The notes under the pieces: generated by a model
Told to the model about the DNA's origin: nothing
Database searches by the model: none
Seen by the model: the letters and a program-made list of their open reading frames with translations, nothing else
Source: Candidatus Woesearchaeota archaeon
Lineage (GTDB): Archaea; Nanobdellota; Nanobdellia; Woesearchaeales; SKIA01
Reading direction: 5' to 3'
NCBI GenBank assembly: GCA_046704725.1
Contig: JBJKRI010000006.1
Coordinates: forward strand, 96,001-160,000
Length of the DNA stretch: 64,000 nt
Made by a program: the position numbers and the translations under genes
Shown here: piece after piece, positions 17,978-27,720 of the stretch
Numbering within the stretch: the stretch's first letter is position 1
How the letters are laid out: every line of letters begins with the position of its first letter

Positions 17978-18552
17978 CCGAGGCAGAACGTTTGTCCGCG
18001 CTCCTGACGAAACGGCTCAGCGACACAAGATACGGCGAAGCGCTCGCGCTCATCAAGAAGAACGCCAGAGGGCGCATCTGGCTGGTCGGCGGAGCGGTGA
18101 GCCGGCTGCTCGCCAGCGAGCTCTACGGGGGGAGCACAGCGACGCACGACTTCGACTTCCTCGTGGAGGAAGAGACCATCAAGCCCACGGTCCCGGACGG
18201 CTGGACGATGGAACGCAAGAAGCACGGCAACCCCACATTCACCAGGGAGGACGTTGAGGTCGACCTGTTTCCCTTGGCCACGCACGACCACATCCGCCGC
18301 AACGGTCTTGAGCCGACCATAGAGCACTTCCTCGAAGGAACGCCCTTCACCATACAGGCGCTGGCGTATGACGTCGACGAGAAGCGATTGATCGGCGATG
18401 CGGGAATCACCGCCCTCCTGACCAAGAGACTCGCCGTCAACAATCTGGAGCAGGCGCGCGAGATCGCCAAACACAAGGGCGTCACCATCGATGAGCGCAT
18501 GGGCCGGAAAGCCGAGAGCATGGGATTCTCCTTCGCACCGTGCGGAGAGTGA
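17974..18552 (+). CDS. Class II nucleotidyltransferase head-domain protein (CCA/poly(A) polymerase-like)
   Basis: IWLVGGAVSRLL...THDFDFLV; PFTIQALAYD at the RRDFTINA-equivalent position. Confidence 0.75.
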   Translation: MTEAERLSALLTKRLSDTRYGEALALIKKNARGRIWLVGGAVSRLLASELYGGSTATHDFDFLVEEETIKPTVPDGWTMERKKHGNPTFTREDVEVDLFPLATHDHIRRNGLEPTIEHFLEGTPFTIQALAYDVDEKRLIGDAGITALLTKRLAVNNLEQAREIAKHKGVTIDERMGRKAESMGFSFAPCGE

Positions 18553-19638
18553 TCAGACGCCCCAGGTGTAGCGCCTGTTGAACAGGAAGTTCACAAGGAA
18601 CATGAGCACGATGGCCACCAGGTTCCACACCAACAGCAATCCGATGCCGAGAAGCGACGTCAAGAGATAGACGATGCCGACGGTGCCGACGAGCGTCACC
18701 AGGCTCGCCCCCTGGAACAGGAGGAACCGGTTCCACAAGCGATGCTTTGTGCGTCCGGGAAAGGTGAAGAGGTTGTTGCCGATGAAGTTCGAGACGATGG
18801 CGGTCTCGGTCGCGATCGCCGAGGCGAATACGAAGTACAACCCAACAGAATGCAGCACCCAGAGGATGAAGGTGTTGATGACCGTTCCCACAGCACCGAC
18901 GAGGCCGAAGGTGATGAGCTGCCGCAGCCCGGGACGCAAGCCCACAACACCGACGGCTCCGCGCAACGCTTCGGACAGCGACATCTTGCTCTTTCCCGCG
19001 CGTCGCGGACGGAAAGCGACGGGTACCTCGGCGACGCTCGCCCCGGAACGCAGCGCGGCGTCGAGCAACGCCACCTGGAAGACGTAGCCCTCGGCGGTGA
19101 TGGACGACAGATCAATCCGTCGCAAGACCGACGCGCGTATCGCGCGGAAACCCGCGGTGCAATCACGGACCGGAAGGCGCAGGACCAATCGCGCGTAAGC
19201 ATTGGCTCCCCTGCTCAGCCAGCGGCGGTACAGGCCCCACTCCTCGGGCACGCTCCCGTCGGGCACGTAGCGCGAGCCGATGACGAAATCGGCGTCCGCA
19301 GACAAGAGACGGAATATGTCTGCGGGGTCGTGGCTGAAGTCAGCGTCCATCTCCATCACCACGTCAGGAGAGAGTTCGGAGAGCGCGAAGGACATGCCGT
19401 CGCGGTACGCCGCGCCGAGACCGTTCTTCTGGGGCCGCTCCAAGAGGTGCAGGAACGTATCGTCTTTCATGCGCTCGCGCACGACGCCCGCGGTCCCGTC
19501 CGGGCTGTGGTCGTCCACGACAAGGATGTGCACAGCCGTCCCCTCGTGCTCGCGCGATTCCTCGCGGATGCGCTCGATGAGAGGCGCGATGTTCGCGGCC
19601 TCGTTATAGGTGGGGATGATGATGCAGGCGATTCGCAC
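18553..19638 (-). CDS. Polyprenol-phosphate mannose synthase-like GT2 fused to a GtrA domain
   Basis: IIPTYNE, VVDDHSPDGT, MDADFSHDP, GSRY, DCTAGFRA; C-terminal 4-TM GtrA (FGLVGAVGT, SNFIGNNLFTF). Confidence 0.92.
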   Translation of the reverse strand: MRIACIIIPTYNEAANIAPLIERIREESREHEGTAVHILVVDDHSPDGTAGVVRERMKDDTFLHLLERPQKNGLGAAYRDGMSFALSELSPDVVMEMDADFSHDPADIFRLLSADADFVIGSRYVPDGSVPEEWGLYRRWLSRGANAYARLVLRLPVRDCTAGFRAIRASVLRRIDLSSITAEGYVFQVALLDAALRSGASVAEVPVAFRPRRAGKSKMSLSEALRGAVGVVGLRPGLRQLITFGLVGAVGTVINTFILWVLHSVGLYFVFASAIATETAIVSNFIGNNLFTFPGRTKHRLWNRFLLFQGASLVTLVGTVGIVYLLTSLLGIGLLLVWNLVAIVLMFLVNFLFNRRYTWGV

Positions 19639-19807
19639 CCTCTGGCCGCGCTCCTCACCACTTATAAATGCTGCTGTGCTTTTTCGGCGATGCCAAAAAA
19701 CACGCTATTGCACCCTATTTGCCACAACGTCGCTGTATCCGGAGTATTTCATGCACAAGAATTTTAAACGAGCACCCTATAGAACAACGTATAGGGAGGG
19801 GTATCAA

Positions 19808-19960
19808 ATGGAAAAAGGATCTAAAATGTTTGTAGGATGGGCTGCCATCGTCGATGGCGTGCTCATCGCACTGAACCAGCTGCTCACCTGGCCTGGCGGA
19901 CTGCAGTACCTGTGGGCCGTCATCGCAGTGATACTGGGCATCTGGGTACTCGTGGCCTAA
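19808..19960 (+). CDS. Small 2-TM membrane protein
   Basis: GGAGG RBS, upstream TTTTAAA, hydrophobic 50 aa. Confidence 0.6.
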   Translation: MEKGSKMFVGWAAIVDGVLIALNQLLTWPGGLQYLWAVIAVILGIWVLVA

Positions 19961-20508
19961 GCATCTTTTTTCTCTCTCTTTTTCTTATACACATACAACA
20001 CCAACGCCCAGAACGTGCCGAGCAACGCCCCGGCAAGGACGTCGGAGAAATAATGCACTCGCAAGACCATTCGGCTCACCGCTACAGCAGCAGCGAGCAC
20101 GGCCGCCAATGGCCAGTACCGCTTGTCGTAAGCCAAGGCCGCCGACACGTAGAGCGCGGCCGACACGGTCGAGTGCCCTGAAGGAAAAGAATAGCCCCAC
20201 GCGTGGACGAGCATGCCCGCCGGACGGGGACGCGCCACGACGAACTTCACGATCACCGAAGACAAGAACGCGAGAGCGACAGCACCACCGATACGGACCG
20301 CATGGAAGCGAGAGCGCAGCGACAATAGCGCCGACAAGACGATGACGACATACGGACCGCCGAGCGCGGTGACCGCCTGCACGAGAAAAGAAGCGGAGGC
20401 GGGCAGCCACGAGAAGACCCAGGCATCGACGGATCGCGTCAGGCCCACGACGACGAGCACCGATACCGCCACAAAACCGGCCAATAACGCCCAGAGACTC
20501 TTCCGCAT
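19957..20508 (-). CDS. PAP2-family phosphatase
   Basis: KFVVARPRP, YSFPSGHS, SRMVLRVHYFSDVLAG. Confidence 0.92.
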   Translation of the reverse strand: MRKSLWALLAGFVAVSVLVVVGLTRSVDAWVFSWLPASASFLVQAVTALGGPYVVIVLSALLSLRSRFHAVRIGGAVALAFLSSVIVKFVVARPRPAGMLVHAWGYSFPSGHSTVSAALYVSAALAYDKRYWPLAAVLAAAVAVSRMVLRVHYFSDVLAGALLGTFWALVLYVYKKKREKKDA

Positions 20509-20539
20509 CAGCCGACCACGCACCGCTCACTCATAAAAC

Positions 20540-21073
20540 CTATGCGAGCAAGAACAACGACTCGTCCTGCGACTTGGGATAGTAGCAGTTGAACGGCCCG
20601 AGCGTGCCGATATAGCTCTCGAGCTCGTTCCGAGAGCGCGTCACGCCCTGCGAGACGAGGATCATGTACTGGATATTGTCCACGGTCACGACCACGGTCG
20701 TGGAGGGGTACATGCGCATGAGCGCGTACTGCTGCGAAGGCGTGGGCACGCACATCCGCTCGGGGCCCACGGCGTGCACGGTGCTCTGGATGCGGTTGAC
20801 GAACCACTGGTAAGAGCTGTCAGGGTACTGGAAGGACGGATAGTAGTTGTACGACGGGTATGAAGGATAGTGATAGCTGTACGACGGATAGGAGGGATAG
20901 CCATACGAGGGACAGCCGTAGTAAGAGGGATAGCAGGGATACGTCGGGTGCGGGTACAAGACGATGACGCTGCCACCCGTCTGGGACGCGAGCAGGTGCC
21001 CGACAATCGGCTCGTACGCCCCGACAAGGCCGATGCAGAGCACGGCCGCGACCACCAATCCCCAGTACCGCAT
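20540..21073 (-). CDS. Secreted hypothetical protein with a Tyr/Pro/Ser-rich tract
   Basis: Signal-like MRYWGLVVAAVLCIGLVGA; repeated YPSY motif. Confidence 0.65.
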   Translation of the reverse strand: MRYWGLVVAAVLCIGLVGAYEPIVGHLLASQTGGSVIVLYPHPTYPCYPSYYGCPSYGYPSYPSYSYHYPSYPSYNYYPSFQYPDSSYQWFVNRIQSTVHAVGPERMCVPTPSQQYALMRMYPSTTVVVTVDNIQYMILVSQGVTRSRNELESYIGTLGPFNCYYPKSQDESLFLLA

Positions 21074-21141
21074 GAGGGACAGGAAGCCCTCGGGGCTTTT
21101 CAAGGTTATCCCCCGCCGATGCGGACAACGAAAAGGTTTAT

Positions 21142-23646
21142 ATGGGGTCAGACACGGAAAAACAGGTAATGCAGCAGCAGAAGCTCAATCTCGGCCTCGC
21201 TCTTACCATCACCGCTGTTCTGCTCGTCATCATCGCCGTGCCGTTCATCTACAGGGGCGGCATCTCGGGCAAGGCGGTCCTGCTGCAGCCGCAAGCCCCG
21301 AGCGTGGCAGTGGGCAACAGCGTGACGGTCAACGTCAGCACGGACGGCATCACGAACCTGTCGGGCATCCAGTTCAGCGTCGCCTACGACCCGAACGTGC
21401 TACGCCTGGACTCCGTCGACCAAGGGACCTTCCTGGACGAGAACGGCGCATCCAGCACCTTCTTCGACAACGGGAGCAACAGCACGGCCGGCGAGCGCAA
21501 CGACATCGTCATCGTGCGATTGGAGAACACCGGCGTCTCCGGAGCGGGAACGCTCGCGCTGCTCCACTTCACCGCTGTCCAAGCCGGAACCGCGAGCGTG
21601 AACTTCACGAAGGTATTGCTGTCGGACAACAACAGCAACCAGATCAACACGAATTACGTCAACACGAGCGTCTCGGTCACCAGCAACGACAAGACGCCGC
21701 CCGTCGTGAGCATGGACCAGCCGCCGAACGGAATCGTCGTCAGCGGCAACCAGGAATTCAACGCGACGGCGACAGACAACGTCGGCGTCACGAAGGTCGA
21801 GTTCCTCGTGGACGGCACGATCATCGCGACCGACGCGACCGTTCCCTACGGCATCACCTGGGACACGAGCACCGTGCTCGACGGCAGCCACACCCTCACA
21901 GTCAAGGCCTTCGACGCTGGAGGCAACCAGGCCAACGCGACGCGCACGGTGACAGTAGACAACACGCCTCCGACGGTCAGCGTCTCCTCGCCGGTGAGCG
22001 GAGCGCAGCTCAGCGGCATGGCGACCTTCACGGCGAGCGCGACGGACGCGAGCGGCGTGAAAAGCGTACAATTCCTCGTCGACGGAGTCCCGGTAGGCAC
22101 GGACACGACAGCACCATACTCAATCATCTGGAACACGTCCGGAGCGTCAAACGGCTGGCACGACATCACCGCGAAGGCGACCGACCAGCTGAACAACGTG
22201 GGAACGAGCGGACCGGTCAGCGTGAACATCAGCAACACGGTCGTGGACAACACACCGCCGACCATCACTCTCACGACTCCCGCCAATGGCGCCACGGTCA
22301 GCGGCTCCGTAGGCATCACGGCCAGCGCGAGCGACAACGTCGGGGTGAAAGACGTCACCTTCAGCGTGGACGGCATCGATATCGCCACCGACAACAACAG
22401 CCCCTACGCGACGAGCTGGAACTCCGGGACGGTGACCAACGGGAATCATCTCATCGTCGCGACGGCGACAGACCTCGCAGGCAACAACGCATCCAAGAAC
22501 GTCACCGTCAACGTCAGCAACACCGGCGTGGACACGACGAAGCCAAGCATCTTCTTCACGAGCCCCGCGAACGGCGCTGACGTGAGCGGAACAGTCACCC
22601 TGACCGCGTCAGCGACCGACAACGTCGGCGTGACCAGCGTCGTCTTCAAGGTCGCCGGCAAACAGGTCGGCTCGACGCTCACGAGCGCACCGTACACGGT
22701 CCAATGGGATTCCAGCACGGTCGGCTACGGTTCCTACGGCGTGACCGCGACCGCGAGCGACGCGGCGGGCAACACCGCCACCGCATCCATCAGCCTCGTC
22801 AAGCCCAGCCCCAACACCGGCAGCAGCGGAGGCGGAGGAGGAGGAGGAGGAGGCGCCTACGTGCCGCCGCCCACCACAACGAGCTCCTCGGGAAGCACGA
22901 GCACCACGACGACGACCACCCAGCCGCCGACGGTCGTGCTCTACTCGGGCACCGGCAGCGAGGACCTCTCGTCCGCACGCGTGCAGCTCAACACCAATAT
23001 CAACGACACGTCCCTGCAGGTCACGTATGACACAAGCGGAGACCTGCCGGCGATGCCGAGCGGCGTCGACGCCTACAGGCGAGTCTCCATCCTTCCCCAA
23101 GGATTCACCTACACAAACATCGACAGCGCGATCGTCCGCTTCAAGGTCCCACGCTCCTGGCTGGACGCGCAGAGCCTCAACGCGAGCGCGGTCTCGCTGT
23201 ACGTGCTGCAGAACGGCCAGTGGCAACCGCTCTCCACAGCCATCGAGAACCAGGACCAGAACAACGTCTACTACACGGTCAAGAACGCGCAGATCGGGGT
23301 CCTGACCATCGGCGGACAGACAGCGGTCCAACAGAACGCAACACCGACGACGGCCCCCTCGCAGACTGAGGCGCCGACCACGATCCCCACGCAGAAGAAG
23401 GGGATGGCCTGGCAGACGCTCCTCGAGCTCGCCATCGGACTGGTGGGACTGCTCGTGCTGGGCACCTACTTCATGGGGCGCCGCTACCAGCACGCGAAGG
23501 CAGAGATCGCGAAGGCCCCGAAGAACGCGCTCGGATCCTACGTCCAGCAGACACGCAACGAAGGGTTCACGGACGATCAGATCCGCACGGCGCTCTCGCA
23601 GAAAGGCTGGCCGAAAGAGAAGATCGACGACGCGATGAAACGATAG
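21142..23646 (+). CDS. Surface protein: cohesin-like domain, four Ig-like repeats, PGF-pre-PGF-like domain, TM anchor and cytoplasmic tail
   Basis: GIQFSVAYDPNVL...GTLALLHF (cohesin); repeated D.TPP.V....P..G..VSG....A.A.DNVGV; FKVPRSWL; tail IRTALSQKGWPKEKID. Confidence 0.88.
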   Translation: MGSDTEKQVMQQQKLNLGLALTITAVLLVIIAVPFIYRGGISGKAVLLQPQAPSVAVGNSVTVNVSTDGITNLSGIQFSVAYDPNVLRLDSVDQGTFLDENGASSTFFDNGSNSTAGERNDIVIVRLENTGVSGAGTLALLHFTAVQAGTASVNFTKVLLSDNNSNQINTNYVNTSVSVTSNDKTPPVVSMDQPPNGIVVSGNQEFNATATDNVGVTKVEFLVDGTIIATDATVPYGITWDTSTVLDGSHTLTVKAFDAGGNQANATRTVTVDNTPPTVSVSSPVSGAQLSGMATFTASATDASGVKSVQFLVDGVPVGTDTTAPYSIIWNTSGASNGWHDITAKATDQLNNVGTSGPVSVNISNTVVDNTPPTITLTTPANGATVSGSVGITASASDNVGVKDVTFSVDGIDIATDNNSPYATSWNSGTVTNGNHLIVATATDLAGNNASKNVTVNVSNTGVDTTKPSIFFTSPANGADVSGTVTLTASATDNVGVTSVVFKVAGKQVGSTLTSAPYTVQWDSSTVGYGSYGVTATASDAAGNTATASISLVKPSPNTGSSGGGGGGGGGAYVPPPTTTSSSGSTSTTTTTTQPPTVVLYSGTGSEDLSSARVQLNTNINDTSLQVTYDTSGDLPAMPSGVDAYRRVSILPQGFTYTNIDSAIVRFKVPRSWLDAQSLNASAVSLYVLQNGQWQPLSTAIENQDQNNVYYTVKNAQIGVLTIGGQTAVQQNATPTTAPSQTEAPTTIPTQKKGMAWQTLLELAIGLVGLLVLGTYFMGRRYQHAKAEIAKAPKNALGSYVQQTRNEGFTDDQIRTALSQKGWPKEKIDDAMKR

Positions 23647-23677
23647 GGCTATAAGCGGTCTTATCCATACAATTCCA

Positions 23678-24208
23678 ATGGAGAAACTGTTCATCGACGC
23701 CGACACGCTGTACGGGCAGAGCCTCTTGCTCGCCAGGACGGTGAAGGACAGCGAGTACCGGCCGACGGTCATCATCGCGCTGTGGCGCGGAGGGACCCCT
23801 GTGGGAGTGGTGGTGGACGAGGCCTTCCGGTATTGGGGTATGCGGGCACGATCGTACCCGCTCCTCGTATCCGCCTACCGCGGCAGCAGCAGGAACGAGA
23901 GAGCGAGCGTGTTCGGCGTCGGTCCAGTCCTGGATGCCATCGAGAAGACGGACCGCGTCCTCATCGTCGACGACGTGTACGACACGGGATTGAGCGCGGA
24001 GCGCGTGCGCGCGCTCTTCCAGGACAGGGCGGCGGAAGTACGCGTCGCGACCGTGTACGACAAGCCGCAGAACCACACCGGATTGCCGGGACCTGACTTC
24101 ACCGTCGAGACGACGGACGCGTGGATCGTCTTTCCCCACGAGCTCGAAGAACTCACCGTAGAAGAGATAGAGAAGAAAGGGAATGCGTGGCCGCGGCTCC
24201 TGAACTGA
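23678..24208 (+). CDS. Type I (purine) phosphoribosyltransferase
   Basis: IIALWRGG, VLIVDDVYDTGLS PRPP loop, WIVFPHE. Confidence 0.9.
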   Translation: MEKLFIDADTLYGQSLLLARTVKDSEYRPTVIIALWRGGTPVGVVVDEAFRYWGMRARSYPLLVSAYRGSSRNERASVFGVGPVLDAIEKTDRVLIVDDVYDTGLSAERVRALFQDRAAEVRVATVYDKPQNHTGLPGPDFTVETTDAWIVFPHELEELTVEEIEKKGNAWPRLLN

Positions 24209-24913
24209 TCACTTCCACAGCCAGCCGAACAATCCCTTGTCCTGCTGCTCGTTCGCCGCGACAGTCATCACGCGAAGCTGCTCCTGCTGCAACACCTGGA
24301 ACTGCTGCTGCAGCCCAGTGATGCAACCACAGGTCGTGGCGGCCTGCTCCATCTGCTGCAAGCGTTCCTGGTTGGATATCCGCAACTGCTCGAGCTGCCT
24401 CGCCGCCTGCTCGTCACCGCCGGCGAAGAAACGCGCGAAGCCGCTGCGCTGCGCGATGCGCTGCTCGAGCTGGTTCATCTCCTGCAGGCTCGCGTTGTAC
24501 TGGCGCGCCATCAAGGATATCGCGTCGCCGCATCCGCACAGCGAGTTATTGAGGCCGACCATGCTCTGCACCGCGGCGTGCGCCTCGAGCTTCGTCTGCA
24601 CCTGCACACCTTGCCCGGTCAGGTTCACCTGATTGCCGATGCGAGCGCGCTCCTGCTCCCATTCCTGCTCCATGTGCAGGAGTTGCGTACGGTTCTGGTA
24701 CCAGGTCCCGTTCCAGGTATAATTGAACGTGCGGTTCTGGTCCTGCGTGCGATTCATGTCGGGCGTGCCCGTATCCATCGACGGATCACGCACCTGCGCA
24801 CGATCCTGCACCTGGACCTGGTCCGGCGCCAAAGCAGGCTCTAGCACGAGCGCCGCAAGAAGGACGAGCACCACCGCACCTACCAACACGTATGCATCAC
24901 GCATGTCGACCAC
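24209..24913 (-). CDS. Secreted Gln-rich coiled-coil hypothetical protein
   Basis: N-terminal TM, Q-rich helices, FFAGGD and terminal KGLFGWL. Confidence 0.7.
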   Translation of the reverse strand: MVDMRDAYVLVGAVVLVLLAALVLEPALAPDQVQVQDRAQVRDPSMDTGTPDMNRTQDQNRTFNYTWNGTWYQNRTQLLHMEQEWEQERARIGNQVNLTGQGVQVQTKLEAHAAVQSMVGLNNSLCGCGDAISLMARQYNASLQEMNQLEQRIAQRSGFARFFAGGDEQAARQLEQLRISNQERLQQMEQAATTCGCITGLQQQFQVLQQEQLRVMTVAANEQQDKGLFGWLWK

Positions 24914-24945
24914 CCCAATCTGCCGGTACTATGCGTTTTTCGCTC

Positions 24946-25287
24946 TTAAGCGCTCGCTCCAGAAACGTGTAGCGATGCGCAGTCGACGCAATCCTTCCAC
25001 GCACATGGGGACGAGCTCGTATGCTCCTGCGCCCAGTCGATGACGGGCTGCGCCGCGCGCAGCAACGACATTCCGGCGAGCGTGACGAAATACCGCTCCT
25101 CGAAGGTCCGGCACAATCCCTCATCGCACAAGAAACGCAATTCAGCGGAGAGCACGCGGTTCGTGATGGCAGAAAACGAGCGCTGCAGGTCGCAGAAACG
25201 CTGGGGAAAGGTACATTCGCGCAGGACGCGATACGACCATTTCCTGCCGAGGATGGAGAACACGTACTCAGGACTGCACGCGATCAT
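24946..25287 (-). CDS. HxlR-family transcriptional regulator
   Basis: CSPE...ILGRKWS...RFCDLQR...ITNRVLSAELR; Cys-rich tail. Confidence 0.85.
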   Translation of the reverse strand: MIACSPEYVFSILGRKWSYRVLRECTFPQRFCDLQRSFSAITNRVLSAELRFLCDEGLCRTFEERYFVTLAGMSLLRAAQPVIDWAQEHTSSSPCAWKDCVDCASLHVSGASA

Positions 25288-25350
25288 GGTATCCCTGAAG
25301 ATACCAGCGCTATATAATCCTGTGAATCATCGGTACATCCGTCCAGAGGG

Positions 25351-27720
25351 ATGAACATGCGATGGGGAATGAGCGTCATAGCGCTGTGCGCGATGCTCCT
25401 GCTCGGAGCCGCCGGCGCGCAGAACGGGACCGTCAACGAGACCGAGAGCCTTCCAGGATTGAACGCTTCGGTGAACCAGAGCGCACCAGGAGAGGCCAAC
25501 GGCACGGGAAGCGTCAACCAGACCGGGACGAACCAGACCAACGATACGACAGAACAGACCCATGAAGGAACAGGCGGCCAAGGGAAGGGCGGAGCCAGCA
25601 GCGAGGCAGCGACGGGAAGCGCACCAGGCATCAGTGAGGTGACGGTGCCCAGCGCGTTGTTGCCGGGTGGCAACGACACGCTCTCCGCACGGGTCACGAG
25701 TTCGGGAACGACCGAGGACGTGACCGCGACGCTCACGGCATACACGTGTGGCGAGCCGACGACGACCTGCGGCGGCGCGAACGCGTGCCCCGAAGAATCG
25801 TGGACCGCGCTGAGCACCAAGCAAGTGCCGATGCAACGCGGCGCGGACGCCGCTCCCGGTGGGGAGGAGAGCGATGAGGGTGGAAACAACCTCGCGTATC
25901 CCGTGGTCTTCAGCGAGGGTATCGGCCTTGGCGGCGTGACGATGCCGGAGACCGGTCTGCGCACGCCGAGCAATGGGAGCGGCGACTGGACGGGACCGTT
26001 CCTGTGCTGCGATGCGAGCGGGACCTCGTGCGTCGACCGCAACAGCGACGGCACCATAGACGCCTTGGACTACAGCACGGTCGCGTGCACGCAAGGCATC
26101 GCGTGGTACCCGCAGAACACGGTGAGCAGCTGGCAAGCCACCGTCATCGAAGGAGATGACGAATCCGTCCGGGCGGACTGGGGCGACAACCTCATCCGGC
26201 AGACCTGGAACACGCACAACACGATACGCATCGAGACCGTGCTCGAGCAGGACCGGCCCGAGAACATGACGGCCTACACGATGGCATTGCTCTATGGGGA
26301 GCGGACCACGGAGATGCAAGGGACGAACACCCAGACATACAACTCCACCGAAGCCACGGTATACACGCCGTGCGCGCACCTGATCATCGAGAAGCTGAGC
26401 GGGACGGAACCTGACGGCGAGCACGGCGAGCCGTTGTCGCCGGCCGCCGTCGACCTCGCGACGTGGGAGAGCTACGGCATTGACGGGCCCGGAGGGTTCT
26501 CCGCGGAGGTGAACGTGGCGGGCAAGCTCGTGTACGGCTATAACCTCGGCATCAGGGACATGGAACTGCCGTACGACAAGTACGGCTGGTGGCGCGTGAC
26601 CTTCGCGCTCGACAAGACGGCGACCGTGAACGGGAGCACCGTGCAATGCCGCACGGACATCAGCGAGCTCGCTCCCGAGGACCTGATCGGCGGGACGGAG
26701 GACGGCGAGAGCCAGACGAGCTACTACCAGCCCCAGCTCTCCAGCGACGGGAGCCGGACATGGATCGACATCTACATCCTGAGCGGCCGTGACGGCGGCA
26801 CGAGCACGCCGCACACCATCAGCGGGGGGCACACGCTCACCGCAGCCGCGCTCGTGGCAGACGAGAACGCCACCGAGAACGTGACGGAGAACGTGACGGA
26901 GAACGAGACCGAAGAGCGCGACGACGACTACTGGACGGCCTCCGGACTGCTCGAGGCGTTCGACGGCGAGTCGCTCCCCGCGGGAGCGTGGATCGGCGTG
27001 CACGTGGAGAGCCTGGACAGCGAGGGGAAGACGACGGAGATCGACGGACCGTCCGTGGACGTCCACCACGCGTACACCGTGGACATCACGGAGACCGCAC
27101 CTGATCCGGTCAACGGGAACGCGCCCGTGACGGTGAAAGGCGTGCTCAAGAACTCCTGCTCCCCTGAGGACCTCTCCGGGGAGACGGTGACGGTGAACGG
27201 GAACGCCGCACCCATCTCCACGGAGAGCTGGGAGACGACATTGACCGCGCCGTCGAGCGGGACACTGCCGGTGACCGTCTCTTACACGAGCGACCGGGGC
27301 GACGTCTTCACCGACACGGCGAGCGTGAGCGTGCTCGCGAGCACCGTCACGACCGGAGGCGGAGGGGGCGGCGGGACGTACCACAGCAGCAGCGGACTGA
27401 CCTGCTTCACGGGCTACACGCGCGACGCGAGCGGCGAGTGCGTGCCCATAGAACAACCGAGCGCGACGCCCGAACAGCAGAACACCGTGCAAGAGAACGT
27501 GCAGGAACGCACGGAGGAGAACGCCCAGAACCAAGAAGGGCAGACCGGAAGCACGGGACCGACAGGCAGCACCGGAAGCACGGGACCGACAGGGAACACC
27601 GGACCGACGGGGATGGTGAGCGCGAGCGGCCCGAGCACCGGAGCATGGTTCGCCATCGGGGCGGGCGTAATCGTGATCGTCGGCCTCGGGGGGACGTTCC
27701 TCTACCTGCGGCGGCGCTGA
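25351..27720 (+). CDS. Large secreted, C-terminally anchored surface protein
   Basis: Signal peptide, acidic core, poly-Gly linker, G-x-T repeat stalk, TM plus RRR. Confidence 0.85.
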   Translation: MNMRWGMSVIALCAMLLLGAAGAQNGTVNETESLPGLNASVNQSAPGEANGTGSVNQTGTNQTNDTTEQTHEGTGGQGKGGASSEAATGSAPGISEVTVPSALLPGGNDTLSARVTSSGTTEDVTATLTAYTCGEPTTTCGGANACPEESWTALSTKQVPMQRGADAAPGGEESDEGGNNLAYPVVFSEGIGLGGVTMPETGLRTPSNGSGDWTGPFLCCDASGTSCVDRNSDGTIDALDYSTVACTQGIAWYPQNTVSSWQATVIEGDDESVRADWGDNLIRQTWNTHNTIRIETVLEQDRPENMTAYTMALLYGERTTEMQGTNTQTYNSTEATVYTPCAHLIIEKLSGTEPDGEHGEPLSPAAVDLATWESYGIDGPGGFSAEVNVAGKLVYGYNLGIRDMELPYDKYGWWRVTFALDKTATVNGSTVQCRTDISELAPEDLIGGTEDGESQTSYYQPQLSSDGSRTWIDIYILSGRDGGTSTPHTISGGHTLTAAALVADENATENVTENVTENETEERDDDYWTASGLLEAFDGESLPAGAWIGVHVESLDSEGKTTEIDGPSVDVHHAYTVDITETAPDPVNGNAPVTVKGVLKNSCSPEDLSGETVTVNGNAAPISTESWETTLTAPSSGTLPVTVSYTSDRGDVFTDTASVSVLASTVTTGGGGGGGTYHSSSGLTCFTGYTRDASGECVPIEQPSATPEQQNTVQENVQERTEENAQNQEGQTGSTGPTGSTGSTGPTGNTGPTGMVSASGPSTGAWFAIGAGVIVIVGLGGTFLYLRRR

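Noticed and set aside
19775-19796. CCCTATA-N8-TATAGGG inverted repeat
   Set aside because: It could be an operator, but it is a single short instance with no linked regulator, so support is insufficient.
22828-22854. GGA/GGC runs as phase-variation tracts (also near 27355 and 50357)
   Set aside because: These are in-frame triplet repeats encoding poly-Gly linkers common in archaeal surface proteins.
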